This document shows, one piece after another, positions 1-16,454 of a stretch of 64,000 nt of DNA. Both the position numbers and the translations under genes were made by a program. Under the pieces are notes generated by a model. That model was not told the DNA's origin. It did not search any database and was given only the letters and a program-made list of their open reading frames with translations. Numbering within the stretch: position 1 is the first letter of the stretch; every line of letters starts with the position of its first letter. The stretch spans positions 48,794,001 through 48,858,000 of the forward strand of contig OZ024742.1 of the NCBI GenBank assembly GCA_964016885.1. The letters are read 5' to 3'. The stretch comes from Eledone cirrhosa (lineage: Eukaryota).

Positions 1-267
1 GATTTGTTGGGGAAACAGCTTGATTTATTTGATCATATTGATCTCAGAACCTATTTTTTCAAGAACTTATTTTGATTGATCACGTTGTTGTTTAACTGCT
101 ACGATACGTGACACAACTCGTACACACTCTTAAAATAATAGATTAAAGTTTAAGCACAAAATCGCTGCTTTCACCCTTAAATATTTGCTCACGAGTTCTT
201 CTATATTAGATATGTATTTATGCTTATCGAGCCCTTTTTAGATTTTAGTCTTCGCATTTATTATTAT

Positions 268-2190
<1,923 letters not shown>

Positions 2191-2239
2191 AGGCCAATAA
2201 AGAAATTATTATTATTATTATTAATAATATTATTAATTT

Positions 2240-2252
2240 TAGTAGTAGTTGC

Positions 2253-2347
<95 letters not shown>

Positions 2348-2372
2348 AAGAAGAAGAAGAAGGGGAAGAAGA

Positions 2373-2443
<71 letters not shown>

Positions 2444-2444
2444 A

Positions 2445-2500
<56 letters not shown>

Positions 2501-2522
2501 ATGTTGTTGTTGTAGTTGTTGC
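2240..2522. repeat. Compound (GTA)n/(GAA)n/(GTT)n microsatellite
   Basis: Directly visible; source of the poly-L and poly-V ORFs. Confidence 0.97.
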
Positions 2523-2919
2523 ATAAGTAGTGGTTAAATTGTTTTCTCTAATTTTGTTTTTTTATCAAGATTAATAAACGATTATGTTTTCGGAATTTCT
2601 TTTCTTTTCTTTTATTTAACAACATATCTAAATACTACTAGCAATAGTTATATTAACAGCAGGATTAGCAGCAATAGTTTTAATTCGTTAAAAACATGTT
2701 GAAGTCTTAAACTGCTGTATTTATGTTTTTAACCTTTTCTAATTCCGACTGTCATTGAAACGAATGGAATGTCTCAGGTTACAGCTTCATGTCAGTGTTT
2801 AGTTGCTGAACAGAAAATAGAAGTTATTTTCTTGCTAACTATATTATATCTTTGCTTTGCTATCGTATTACGAAATTAAGATTATATTTAACTTCAATTT
2901 TCAAAATGATAGTTGTAGT

Positions 2920-3440
2920 ATTGATTTCTAAATCAGGCCTAAGGCCAGCAAATTTGTAGGAAGAGTATAGTTGACGAAATCAAACCCACTATTTGACTAG
3001 TCAGTGTCGCATTTACCATTGTGCTTAGGTCTGCTTAAGCACAGGGCCAGGGGAGGTGTCATCTTTCAGCCCCCCAAAAAAATTTCGAGAATTTTTCAAA
3101 TGTTTCGGATCTCATATCTTAACTAGTCCACGGCCTCATTTATTTTATCGATCACGGATGGATGAGAAGTGACGTTGAATTCAGAGGGGTTTGAAATCAG
3201 AGTGTAAAGACCCAACACAAATAGGGCAGTGACATTTAATCCGTCGCGCTGTCAATTTTTTCAAGCCATCCCCATTGTTAGTTGCGAAATTAAATTTTGT
3301 TCTTATGCTCTTGGAGTTCAAATTCCGTTGAGCGCGACAAATTGGAGCTGATGAAAAAAATAGCAGTCAAGAACTAGTATTGATTTAATTGACTCAGTCT
3401 TCTCAATAAATATCTAGCATTATGCTTGTGTTAGAAATAA
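2920..3440. mobile_element. Two degenerate tRNA-SINE copies (minus ~2920-3290, interrupted; plus ~3300-3440)
   Basis: aggccagcaaatt..tttattttatcg..tttgaaatcagag is the reverse of the SINE consensus; ggagttcaaattcc B-box at 3312. Confidence 0.6.
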
Positions 3441-3971
3441 AAACAAATGGACTTTCCAGTCGAATATAAATAATTCAGATACAGAGGAAGTTATTTTATT
3501 CTGAATTCTCAAAACTAATAACTCTGATACTGTCTCATGCACACATAAGTCCTTGACCAAAAAACATTCAGACATGGTTAATGACAAAGGACAATGCTCT
3601 GACTCGACTTAAGTAGCGGGTTCACATTCATCAAGCAGGGTAACACGAAATATGTAAAGGTTTCATATTCCATATTGCTTTAATTATTGCGTGTTTAATC
3701 TATATATTACTAAAGGTGTGTGATTTCTTGCTTCTTTGCTTGTCTGTAATGTAATACAGCCAAAAGGGCGCATAATGGGAACATACTTTGAAAGGTACTT
3801 GATCCTGAAATGAGGATAAACATGGAATAAAACAAGTTTCGCGTAAAACGAACCACGGGTTCCAGAGATTTGGGGTTTTTCCGGGTACCTTAACATAGAG
3901 AGAGGGAGAGAGAGAGGAGACAGAGAAGGAGAATGGAAGAGAGAGAGTGAGAGAGAGAGAGCTGTTGGTGT

Positions 3972-4037
<66 letters not shown>

Positions 4038-4062
4038 TGTGTGTATATATATATATATGAGA

Positions 4063-4114
<52 letters not shown>

Positions 4115-4502
4115 CTATGCCCTGTGTATATAGATCACAGACACCCACTTATATACACAGACGTACATATGTATATAGATATGTATACAAACAAACAGAT
4201 TTATATATATATACATACACACACGTATAGTTATTGGCCTTCCAGTTTCATTTCACATTATTTGCATGTCTGTGTATATTTTAATTATTTAAAAATTATT
4301 TTTAAGTGATCATGATTTTTTCTTAAATATTTTGAAGTGAAAGTGACCCAACGGGTTACGGGTGGTCTAGTGATGTATAATTATTTTATTGTTTTGGTTA
4401 GTTTGAATATGTATATTGTTTGCCAATTTTGTGCAGTTCATATGACCATAACCTTATTCTATTCTATGTTAGAATCTTTGTAACTAGTAAACGATATTAA
4501 TG

Positions 4503-4720
4503 TCGGTGAGAGAATCATTAGAGCGTCAGGCAATATGTCTGCCAGCAATCGGCCTTTTTACGTTTTTAGTTCAAATCCAACCGTGTTCAACATCGCCATT
4601 CATTTCTCCAGCGTCGATAAAATATAGTACAATTTAAGTACTGGATAAAATGTGATCGATTTTCCCTCCTTTGTAAAATACTAGGCTTGGACATATATTA
4701 GAATGTATTACTACTAATCT
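4503..4720 (+). mobile_element. tRNA-derived SINE (degenerate copy)
   Basis: agttcaaatcc B-box; gtcgataaaatatagtac core shared with the 32434 copy. Confidence 0.7.
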
Positions 4721-5226
4721 TATTTTGAGCATATAATAATTCATGTCACCATATTCAGAACTATTGTTCCCAACACATTCATTTATACTATAAATTCTAT
4801 CATTCCCAGTCCATCCATATACATTGATTTCCATTTCCTCTTCATCCATCTATACTTTATTCTTTTCCTCCTCTTCCACACCCCCTTCTATATCTCATAT
4901 GTCTCATCCACCACATCCACATCCAACTCCACCACTTGCATGTTCTTCTTCCTCATCAGACAATCTTTGTGTATTTTATTCCTCCATTCCTCTTTTTTCC
5001 AAAATCTGTTATTTCTTACTTTCGTTCTAAATGATTTCTCCAACTCCAACACAAAATTATTTCAGCCCCTGGCTATGAAGCAGATTTAAAAGTGAGTTTA
5101 TAAGCTTATATAAGTTAGATATATGTTTTGAAAAAACATCTGTATACACCCACATATACACATGGATGTGTATATGTTTGTGTATGTGTTCACAGAATCG
5201 TATTCCTACACACACACACATATATA

Positions 5227-5337
<111 letters not shown>

Positions 5338-5370
5338 TGCATATATATATATACACACACACATATACGC

Positions 5371-5438
<68 letters not shown>

Positions 5439-5455
5439 GCATACATATATACATG

Positions 5456-5485
<30 letters not shown>

Positions 5486-5493
<8 letters not shown>

Positions 5494-5660
5494 TAGGAAT
5501 AACCAAACAGTGCTTAGAAATGTCTAAGCAATCTTTGGTTATTCCTATAACTATAACGGCTCTGTAGTATACTAGTTATCCTACTTTGAGCTAAAACCAC
5601 ACTGTCATACCAAGGGCAATATATCAACATGTTTGGGCATATTGATATATTTGTCAACGA
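5486..5660. repeat. 70-bp fold-back palindrome plus short tail, next to (TA)n
   Basis: tatagttataggaataaccaaa..tgcttaga / tctaagca..tttggttattcctataactata (5486-5555); second small hairpin at 5618-5651. Confidence 0.9.
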
Positions 5661-6175
5661 AATATATATATGTGCGCGCACGCGTGCGTGTGTGTATGTG
5701 CGCGCGTGTGTGTGTGTGTGCGTGTGTCTGTGTGTGTATGTGTGTGCATTATGTATCTATGTATCTGTATAAATATATATATATAGAGAGAGAGAGAGAA
5801 AGAGAGAAAGAAAGAGAGAGAGAGAGAGAAACAAAGAGACAGACAGACTGGGAAATAGAAAATATGCTAGATCGGAAGAAGGCCAGAAGCAAATACTTTC
5901 GAAAGTCGGTTCTTAGAGTGACGTAATTATGTACATGTTTAAAGGATATTGAGACATTTAGAATTAGTGACCGAGATACAAGCAAAATGATGTTAATGGC
6001 TGAAGCAATGGAATCATAGAAAATACAATTACGAGAATTACTCTTTTGTTTATTTTAGATAAAGTGTCAGGTGAATAAGACTACTCTGCATCAACAAACA
6101 TTTTAAAAACACATTTATATAGAGTTGTTTAGACATATAAAATCACACACGCCTATATATATATATATATATATG

Positions 6176-6227
<52 letters not shown>

Positions 6228-6763
6228 AATACAGGCATATATATGTCTATGAATACATACGCAGGCACAGGCACACACATATATAATATCATATATATAT
6301 GTGGGCACTATATGCAAATGAGCATTTCCATCCGATGTTGTCTTTTTGCTGCATGCAAATAAGCATCTCCAGCAAATGCTTAATACACAAAATTTATTTA
6401 CGCTTCATTTTCTTTACGTACAAGCTGAGTAAGTAGCACTGGTGAGAGATAAACGAATCTCATAACAACTGTGTGACACTCCGAACTGCCACTGAGATTT
6501 CTGTGACATGTTCACGGAGCAAAAGAGGGGAAAATGTTTTTATCATAACGAAAAATATCTTCTCCTTGATAACGAGAATCTCGTACATTTATTGTATATA
6601 GATATACATTACATCCTTTCACATACACTACTATTAGACTTAACACAGTCTTAGGGCTACTTTGAATTCACACACACACATATATACACACATACACACA
6701 TACATACACACACACACATAAACACAAACACATACACATACACACACACATACACACACACTG

Positions 6764-6796
<33 letters not shown>

Positions 6797-6874
6797 GTAA
6801 GAGAGAGAGGAATAGAGATTAAAATGACAGGAGGCCGACAGGTTAAATTCCTCCAAATTTTAATTCTTGCAAAC

Positions 6875-6930
6875 ACTATTTTCATTTCAGTGGCCAGGTT
6901 ACGTAAGAACATGGTGACATCATCAGGTGT
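6875..6930 (-). ncRNA. Hammerhead ribozyme-like motif (type I, degenerate)
   Basis: Minus strand: acac CUGAUGA ugucacc..uggccacu GAAA ugaaaa UA gugu; homologous to 8334-8391. Confidence 0.55.
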
Positions 6931-7236
6931 ATATTACATAAAACTTATATAACAAAGGAATGGTGGTAAACTCATTCCAATAGGTTTTAAGGAGGAAAAA
7001 CAGAGAAGAAAAAAATGTGTTTTTTTTTGTGTTTGACTCCAAGGCAATCATGCGGGCCTGCAGACATCATAAGAAGAGGGGAGCTAAGGAAGAAAATGAA
7101 CGAGACAATATCACACAAACATCACCTGACTTATTCAGCTCTCATACTGGATGTAGCTTCGCACTATTTAACTTGATATTTCTACTTAAAATTGCCGGCT
7201 CCTGCAACAGAAAATAAAGAAATGAATGAATATCTA

Positions 7237-7795
<559 letters not shown>

Positions 7796-8333
7796 CTACA
7801 GATTGGCTTGCCTCAGAGCGAATTTCTATAGACTTTTGACTGACCAATGAGAGGAGAGGAGGCCCTTTGTCGCCGAAATTCGTTTGTTTAAATTCATATG
7901 ATTCCAGTTCCTCAGTGAAATAACAACCCAACCAGGAACTGGGCATATGAGAGTATTGACAAAGTTAAACACTTCAACATCATATGTACTCGTCTCCACC
8001 ACACTAATTCGGACTGCCTGAAGAGATCACAGCCAAAGATGGCTGTCACCGAAATATATATATACAGTAATAAACGAAGCCAAATTTTAAGCATTTGATT
8101 TATTTATTTTATTTTATTTTATATATATTTATATATATTTATTTAGGTTTGTAGGTTCACCACTGGATAGAACTGGTCATTCCTTATGGTCAACCTCGAT
8201 GTAATATTATGGAGAACACTCAACGTAATGCAACTCACCCGTCTTCGCTTGTGTATTTGGTGGTGCGAGTACGGAGTTAATTATTATAAAATAACAGGAG
8301 GCTGGACTGGTGTTATTCCTTAAAAGGTTTATT

Positions 8334-8391
8334 GTACTGTGATCATTTCAATGACCAGGTTCAGTATGAATCCGGTGACATCATCAGGTAT
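8334..8391 (-). ncRNA. Hammerhead ribozyme-like motif
   Basis: Minus strand: CUGAUGA ugucaccggauuca-uac-ugaaccuggucauu GAAA UGAUCA (palindromic stem III), followed by aataaa. Confidence 0.6.
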
Positions 8392-8499
8392 TCGATATAT
8401 AACAAAGGAATATAATAGACAAAATTCATGGGGCTGAAAATCAGAGACATAAGGGCGACCGATCGTTTAACAGCTTCTAGTCCGGTCAGCCGCCCTCAA

Positions 8500-8530
<31 letters not shown>

Positions 8531-8536
<6 letters not shown>

Positions 8537-8700
8537 ATATTAACAAATGGAAACTATATTTAGAAAACCATATTTATTTTATTATACATATTTAAAGGGC
8601 CACCAAGGCAAATTATGGTGCGCTTTCATGAAATAAAATACAATACAGATTTGTTTTATGAATAAATATTGGCATACCCTGAAAAAAGACAACCTTAACG
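8531..8700 (+). repeat. Unclassified TA-flanked interspersed repeat (second copy 27795-27982 on minus)
   Basis: aaatggaaactatattt..aaaaccatatttattt..aaaatacaata..catacc is the reverse complement of 27795-27982. Confidence 0.7.
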
Positions 8701-9044
8701 GTTGGAACTTCCTGGATAGTGGAGATATTACATTTATTGTGGGTGATAGAAAATTATGATTGAGTATGCAAATGAGTGTCCGAAAGATTGAAAAGATAAC
8801 GGTTTATTTAAATTAAACTGTTGTAAGAAGGTGATATGTGATGGAAAGAGAAAAAGGGAAGAAAAAAAGAAGGAGCGATTACATATATATTTTGACAGTG
8901 AAAATATTGTAAATTGTTGAGTGCTTTATATATAGTTATAAAAATGTTTAAGCTTGTTGAATCCCAACAAATTAAATATAACCTCTGCATATATATATAT
9001 ATATATATATTTCGTTTTTGAATTTGTTTAGCAAGATTCTTTAT

Positions 9045-9075
9045 CTGAAAACGTGTGTTGAAACCGATATTGTTA
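9045..9075 (+). ncRNA. Degenerate minimal HHR motif in a ~140-bp TA-flanked segment
   Basis: CUGAAAA c-gugu-guu GAAA ccgauauugu UA; stem I weak. Confidence 0.35.
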
Positions 9076-9401
9076 TACTTTGGGAGGGTCATGTTGCCAA
9101 TAAGAAACACACGCACCAGATGCTTCACTCCAATTTATTATAAATTTATCTATATATATATATTTAAATATATATAAATTTAAATATATGTATATATATG
9201 TGTGTGTGCGCGTGTGTATATATACATACATACGTATATATATATATTTTATTTTTCACAAGCATGTGAGTGTGTGTGGTGTCGACCTTAACCAGTTTTG
9301 CTCCATGATTACGAGAGAAAATAATCAATATCAGAGCTCTGCAACAAATTATAAAATAAGAAGAAGTTATAGACACAAATATATAGCAATTCTTTCTTCA
9401 A

Positions 9402-9495
9402 AGTCCTGGCTGTACAGTTTCGCTGGTCAGTTTGCAACAATTGTACATTATAGATGTGTAATATTGTTGTGAGGCACACCAGCTTTTTAAGGACT
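9402..9495 (-). ncRNA. HHR variant with long stem II
   Basis: Minus strand: aguccu UAAAAA gcuggu..acaacaau..auuguug..accagc GAAA CUGUACAG cc aggacu; all three stems pair but the core is mutated. Confidence 0.55.
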
Positions 9496-9748
9496 CCGCG
9501 GGGAAAGAACGCTTTCCAGACACGTATGTAGCAAGTGATAAAATCTCAAAAGGCGGTGGGAGAAATTACCACGTGATACACCGCTCAAGAAAGGGAACTG
9601 AATCCCTTGTAGCAAGTGAAAAATATCTCAGAAGGCGGAGGGAGAAATTAATACATGATAGAGAGTTTAGAGGCGGGTAGTAAGGTGAAGTGAAAACGAT
9701 TATAGTATTTGCTAAAAGCAGTTACTATACTTTCGTATATATATATAT

Positions 9749-9945
9749 AACGAAGGGGGTGTGGTAAGGAACCAGATGGACCATAACGCACCAGAGTACT
9801 CAATACTTAGAGTAGTAGAGTGGGTAATAGGAAAAAGTTTAACCCCGAGGGCAGAGCTCAAACCGTTTCGACGGCTATTTCTGGACTCCAGAAATAGTCG
9901 TCGAAATGGCTTGAGCTCTGCCGTCGGAGTTAAACTTTTTCCTAT
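9749..9945. mobile_element. Family F1 hairpin mini-element (palindrome 9827-9945 plus ~78-bp unique tail), TA-flanked
   Basis: Arms ataggaaaaag..gtttcgacggctatttctgga / tccagaaatagtcgtcgaaa..ctttttcctat; related copies at 21573, 21829, 40443, 45142. Confidence 0.9.
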
Positions 9946-10439
9946 ATATATATATATATATATATAAATATATATATATATAGTGATAATTAGAGTTCTC
10001 GAATAAGGTTCAAAACGATAGGAGTTCAAAAACTATAGAAACCATAAATGCAAAGTCTATAGACTTTTAAATTTGCAAAATTCAGCTTCTGTACACCACA
10101 TATTAGGGCGACCGTTCGAAGACGATGAACCCCTTAGCGCAAATTCCCAAAGGGTATATGAAATAGTGAATAGAAAATACAAAACTGATTTCATATCCGT
10201 GAAGGAACAGATACAAATAAATAAGCACTTGAGTAATTTGACATCACAGCTCCACATACAAACGGCACCCATCAATTCCATGGATGTAAAGTAATATCAG
10301 CTGAAAACGAAATAAACGCATATTCAGCTAGTGGTCCTGGCAAAGTCACTACACTTCCTCTTCCAGAACTTCACAACTAACTCAACCCAGGCCACTCTGT
10401 CCACTTTCCCGTCCTTAAGGTTACTTCACTTGATTTTCC

Positions 10440-10548
10440 CGACTATTATTTATAGTCTTTGCCTTTCATCCTTATGGGGTCGATAAAATAAAGTACCAGT
10501 AATACACTGGATAATTTCTGGCCTTGTGCCAAAAGTAGAACAAATTAT
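10440..10548 (+). mobile_element. tRNA-SINE 3' part
   Basis: ctttgcctttcatccttatggggtcgataaaataaagtaccagt..ggccttgtgccaaaagtagaac. Confidence 0.85.
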
Positions 10549-10681
10549 TTATAGTGAACAACTGATTATTTTTCTGTGTGAATATGTGTATGTGTGCTTT
10601 TGTGCGTGTATATACATATATATTCCTACAACCGTATGTCGTTCTTAATCGTGAACTAGATCCACTCACACATTTGCATTC

Positions 10682-10780
<99 letters not shown>

Positions 10781-11483
10781 TATGCGTGTGCGTGTGTGTG
10801 TGTGTATGCTTGCGTAGGTATGCGCCTGTATGATTGCATTTGTATATAAAATGTATACATACATAAATCTATGTTTACACATGTGTGCATGTGGGTTATA
10901 TTGGGATATGTTAACGTAAAGTAAGGTGTTGAAAATCTTTCGAAATTTGGCAAGAATTTCCATGCCGTTAACACTGTTTTTCAGAGATGTGTTATGAAGT
11001 TGTAATAGCTTAAACCTTTTTCAAAATATACTGGTTGAATGGATGATGGTAGAGAAATGAGAGATGGAAAATAGAGAGACTTATGTAGTGAAAATGAAAG
11101 GGTATTGTGAAAGAAAGGGAAAATGTGCAAGACAATATAAACAGGTGATAAAAATAACAGCAAAAATGGGACTAAGGAAGTCTCTGTAAAAACAAAGAAG
11201 TATAAAGTAAAAATAATAGCTAATATCAAATTGAAAGACATTATATAACAATAGAAAAAGCTAGTAGAAATGTGTGAAAAGGTAAAAAACGTGTTTGTTT
11301 TCACTCATTTTTTTATGACGATTGTAAATGTATATATCAAGCAGCTGAAAGAAGACACGAAGAGGAAAATGAAAGTGAATTAGGAAGAACAAACAAGTAA
11401 AAAATAAACATAGTAGGGTGGATTGCAATAAAGAGAAACAGAATGAAAGAAACCGAGAAGGACAAAGAGATAGAAAATACTCA

Positions 11484-11532
<49 letters not shown>

Positions 11533-11799
11533 AGAGAGAGAGAGAGAGATAGATAGATAGATAATCATCCACAGACAGCTTAAAATGTCATTCCAAATAA
11601 CAATTTAGTTCATTTGCCAAATGTCTGTAAGATTCCCCCTCCTCCCCAACATCCACCTTCCTTTTGGCAGCAGAGTCAACAGGCAGACGACTGTACATCC
11701 AACCGAAAACAGATGTGGTTTAGGTCTTCCTTACTTATGAGTTTGTTATTTCTTTATATATTGTTTTGTGTAGTATTGTTTTTCTCCTCCACCCAGTAT

Positions 11800-14495
11800 A
11801 GTTGAAGTCATGCTGGAGCAGCCAGCAGGAGAGCTAAAATGGATATTACTTTGCTTAGCATGTCTCTACTTGGGGTTTAAACATTGGTGGAGTTGAGAAA
11901 TATTGGGGCGTGATATATATGTGCATTTCCCCGGTTACTCAATTAAGTCCCTACTGTGGAGAGACACAGGGCAACCAAGAAAAGGTATTTCTATTCGCTT
12001 CACTTCTGAAAATTTGACATTGAAGTGGATAAATTAAAGAAAATAAGTCAGGGCTGTTCTACCAGAAAATGAGTCATAAGTGGTGGATATCTATATTGTC
12101 ACCAGGTATGATGTTTACCTGCCGGACGAATAAGCAACCCCGGGCCAACAGGGTGAACTATTAAGGGATATAGAGCAATGAGTGGCAACGTTAGCTCACA
12201 AGAACACTGTCGCAACACAGTGATTCAGCTATAGTGAGGCAAGTAAAGGCCACTCTTGACAAAGCCTAGTATAGATAAGCGTGTCTGAGAAAACTATCAG
12301 ATTGCTAACTAGCGCAAATTAAGACCACCAAAACCACAATATGGTGAGCCGTAACAAAATTAACCATATCGCATCTTCCTTTGCGCGCGATAAGAAAGGA
12401 CGCATTCAGTACAAAATTAGAGGTGCCTGTTCAAAAAATATATTACAGTCTCCATTTCATGTGGTAAAAACTGGCGATGGGTATGTGAAATGTCCTTGGA
12501 AGAGTGGGATGGGCGCACGAATATTGCGCATCACCAGACACCAAAGAGAATTCGAAAGGGGGCAAACCGTAAGAACTGAAACATGGAACATCACAACCCT
12601 TACATGTAAGGAGCAGGAACTAGTGGAGGACGTTAGATACTACCGTTTATATATAGTAGAGGATGGAGACTCCATTAATCAGTAGTGGCACCAGAAATGA
12701 CTGTATAGGCAGTTGAGGATACAAACTCCTGGCTGTCAGAATGTGTTATGGACTGGACCCAATTACGAAGCAGGATTTGGCTACTGAAACTTTGGCTCAA
12801 AGATAGGTCCCTGTGGGTTATGCAAGTTTATGTATCAAACAACGAGTCTGAATACATATCCTTTCTTGATGCAATCACTGCAGTGTTAGAACTAGTAAAG
12901 ATTGAGTCTTATATTCTAATGGGGCTTGCAATGCTTATGTTGGCATTGATCACCTCCCATGAAATTTAGTGCTTCGAAGAAACGGCGAACCGGAACGGAA
13001 TAGGAATGAAGAGGCCTTATTAGACTTCCCTTCTCTTAACAGATTCTCTACTGAGAACAACTCCTTCCAGTACATCCATTAATTTACATGGTGTATGGGG
13101 CAGCAGGGACACAGATCAATAAACGATCTAGTAATTGTTTCTGAACTCTTTGATTCTGTGCTGGATGTTCGTGTTAAATATGTCGCTGAGCTGTCAACTG
13201 ATCTGCAATTTGAAATTAGATAACGCCAAAGAAGCCCAGAAACGTGGCAGATCCAGTTCGACCTACAGGAAAAAGTGTGAAGCGGTGGATAAGGAAGTAA
13301 GGAACAGTAATGCGGATACAATTGCATCCAAATTCATAGAACTCCCTGAGCAAACCGAGGACGCAGAAACCGAGGGGGAAATATTCAGTTTGATAGTTTC
13401 TACTTCAGCTGTTACATGCTGAGGGTGAAAACGTCTGGGTGTGGCGCCGAGTAGAAGGATGATCCCTTGGTCCAATTAAGAAGTCAAAGACGACATTCAA
13501 CCAAAGAATAGACTTATAGAGTCTACTTTGGGAATATGTCCTCCTGCCTGCACTTGCTGTACAAACAGGTGGACTACGTCACAACATAGACGGTAAAGCA
13601 TCCAAAGTTAAGATATTGGAGGACTTTCGGTTTAAGTTGGAATGCGAATTCCGACATTGGCTGACTGGCCGACATTGTAACAAGAAGTCCTCCTCGATAA
13701 CTGCTATTGGGGAGCATCTGGAGTTCTCTATTCAAAGAGGTGCATCCTTGCATGATGGAGAGAATACGATGTTGATATCCTAAATCTGATTAGAAGTGCT
13801 TCTGATGTACAGGAAGTGCATCTGGTAGCGATGACTACTCACTCGGAGGCCGAGGTCATTGGAGACATGAAAGAGTTGAAATGTGACAAGGCCACTGGGG
13901 AGGATAAAATCTAGCCTGAGTTAATAAAACCTTACATAGAGAAGGTTAATATACGGCTGACCCATATGTGCGGGGTGGTCTGAATCTCTGGAAATGCATC
14001 TAAGCAATGGCAATCGGGAATGATAATTACCAACTATAGAGGGATCCTCTTGTTATGCCTCCTCTGTAAAGTCTATGCTATGTATCTGGCAAAGAGATGT
14101 AGAGAGATTGTCGTGTCCACGCTAGCCGATGGACAGTGTGGATTTCGCTCCGGACTCAGCACAACCGACCAAATATTCATACTGTCTTTGATAAATCGTA
14201 GAAGTATTACCACGAGGTGTGTTCTTGTTTTTTTAAACCTCGAAACTCATACGGCTGTATTCCATGGGACCTGCTTTAGAAGGTTCTGCAGGAGTGTGGA
14301 TCGATGGTCAGACACATGTTGGCCTGATGTCTTTAAACAATTTTATGTGGAAGTCTGACTTAGTCAAGTGTGCATACTGTCACTTCTCCTGTTCATAATA
14401 CTCTTGAACAGGATTAACATGCGCAGCGAGGTTGGAAAAGTTACCACGACAAGCGGGTGTAGGATGGGTCGACTGCAATTTTCAGATGACATGGA
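11800..14495 (+). mobile_element. Degenerate RTE-clade LINE (5' UTR, APE, partial RT)
   Basis: TWNITTL (APE N-terminus, ~12580); NYRGILLL..QCGFRSGLSTTDQIFIL RT motifs (14020-14358); many stops and frameshifts. Confidence 0.85.
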
Positions 14496-14789
14496 AGTAC
14501 TTGTCAGATGATCTCAGAGCATCTTCTACTTTCTTAACTAGCTCTCCCTTTACTATAATTTTCCCTATCGTTACAACCTTACTCAACCTCATCAATTCTA
14601 CTGTCATAACCCTTTCCAGGGTAAACCACCATTTGTTTTTGATAATTGTTCCTGTCAAAGCCCGTCATCAAATGTTATCACCCCATAACATGTTTATCTA
14701 CCACACATAAATCTTTAACATCTAATAACATGGGCAAAATATGAATTTAAATATCAATTCATAATTAGTAGTATGATCATTGATAACTG

Positions 14790-16345
14790 CATTAACAAGC
14801 ACAAAAAAGGTTAGCATAAATTGATTACTAAAGGGCTTTCGAGATTATACCACATTCCTGGATTCTAAAATTGACAGACATCGTCAAAAGTTGTTCTTCA
14901 CTTTCAAACTTTCTGAAATATATGTCATTGTGGAACACGAATCTTTAATTATATAATCCCAATGGATTACGAACTTCAAACAATAGTAACAACTGTTGCA
15001 TTTAACAAGATGGTTCACTTTTATGTTTCATATTTTGCATATATTTAATAGCTCTTACAATCGAATTGAAAAGAACAAGTTATGGCTATAAAATTGACAG
15101 CAGAAAAATACATCTATTTTATATATATGATGGGCTTTGGGCTTGATAAGTGTGCCAAGGCCACATTCCTGAAAAGGAAGTTGATAAACTCAAATTCATT
15201 GGAACAGGTTTTGAAAGTTATAAAAGAACTCGATCGGGAACAAACGTATAAATATCGAGATATAAATGAAGGCTCCGACATTCAGCTACAAGCATGAAAA
15301 TGAAGTTAAAGAAGGCATGTTATAGGAGAGTACGAACAGTTCTGAAATATATGTTAAATGCCTATAACAAGGTGTAAACTATAAATAGCTCGGCAGTTCC
15401 AGTTCCAGTTTTGAACTAGAATATCAGTGACAGAAAGTGAATTGACACAAAGGTTCGTAAATGTTGACTTGTACTACGATGCACCTCACAGAGTCAAATG
15501 CAGATCGTCTTTACTTTGCCGGAATTCAAGAAGGTAGAGTCGTAAATCAGTTTTCAGTGTCTCACAACGCTACCACAATTGTAACAGCGAAATAACTTGA
15601 AACAACAAACCACTGCATGCTGAAAATCTTTGAAAAACAGGAGAGGAGTGAGAAGTTTCATTTGACCTTGAAAGAGAGAAAAAGTTTGCTAATGATCTAA
15701 TAAATAATATCCAGTCTGGAAAGACCGAAGGAACATTGGCAACCGTCGTTGCAGAGCAAGTAAAATTAATGGCTAAGAATAAAGGGCGTGAACAATTAAT
15801 ATCGAGGTAGGAGCAGAAACCTCTCCATAGAAAATATGTGGCCCATAACAAACAAGCTGATTTTGACGAAAATCTCATACCGGGCGTGAGGATTTTAAAG
15901 CTTATTTCATCGGAATTAACAAGCCAATGTGCTGAGAAATGGAGTAAACACAAAGATACGATTCAGCAATGATCAGATTGAAACAGTGAACCACTTAATC
16001 TCTAAAAGTAAAGATTTAGCACCTTGATAGGCATGGGAACTGTGGCCAATATCTACCCTGGTTAATATGTCAGCATTATAAAATCAAAACTGCTGACAAG
16101 TAATATAAGCATCACCCTGTTGCAGTAACTGAAGGAGAAAATGTAACATTTCTCCGGAACTTCCCTGTACCTACAAACAGAACCATCAAAGCTAACAAAC
16201 CAGATATTGTAAAAAGCCAAAATAACAGAGTATATTTATTGACTGATATGAACATCCAATGTGATCACAATATTGCAGCAAAGCAATTTGCCAAGATCAA
16301 AGAATATAAAGATTTTTTTATTGAAATTGAAAAAATATAGCATCT
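14790..16345 (+). mobile_element. Degenerate R4/Dong-clade LINE (RT to RLE)
   Basis: MGFGLDKCAK..EQTYKY (15130-15260) and TIKANKPDI-like RLE motif (~16180-16210). Confidence 0.75.
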
Positions 16346-16454
16346 TAAGGTTTAAGCAATTAGGAAGAGGAGAGCTTACCATCAAACACCTCCTCTGCAT
16401 GAATGACCTATAACTCTTCAGGAAGAGCGAAAATGTGTTAATTGTACTTGTTAA

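Noticed and set aside
7125-7215. Possible minus-strand host exon (ttttctgttgcag acceptor near 7202)
   Set aside because: Weak donor, no recognisable peptide and no partner exons; cannot be supported
9749-9945. F1 and similar palindromes as Tc1/mariner-type MITEs with TA TSD
   Set aside because: The inverted arms are not terminal: a unique tail extends on one side only, and tail-only and half copies exist
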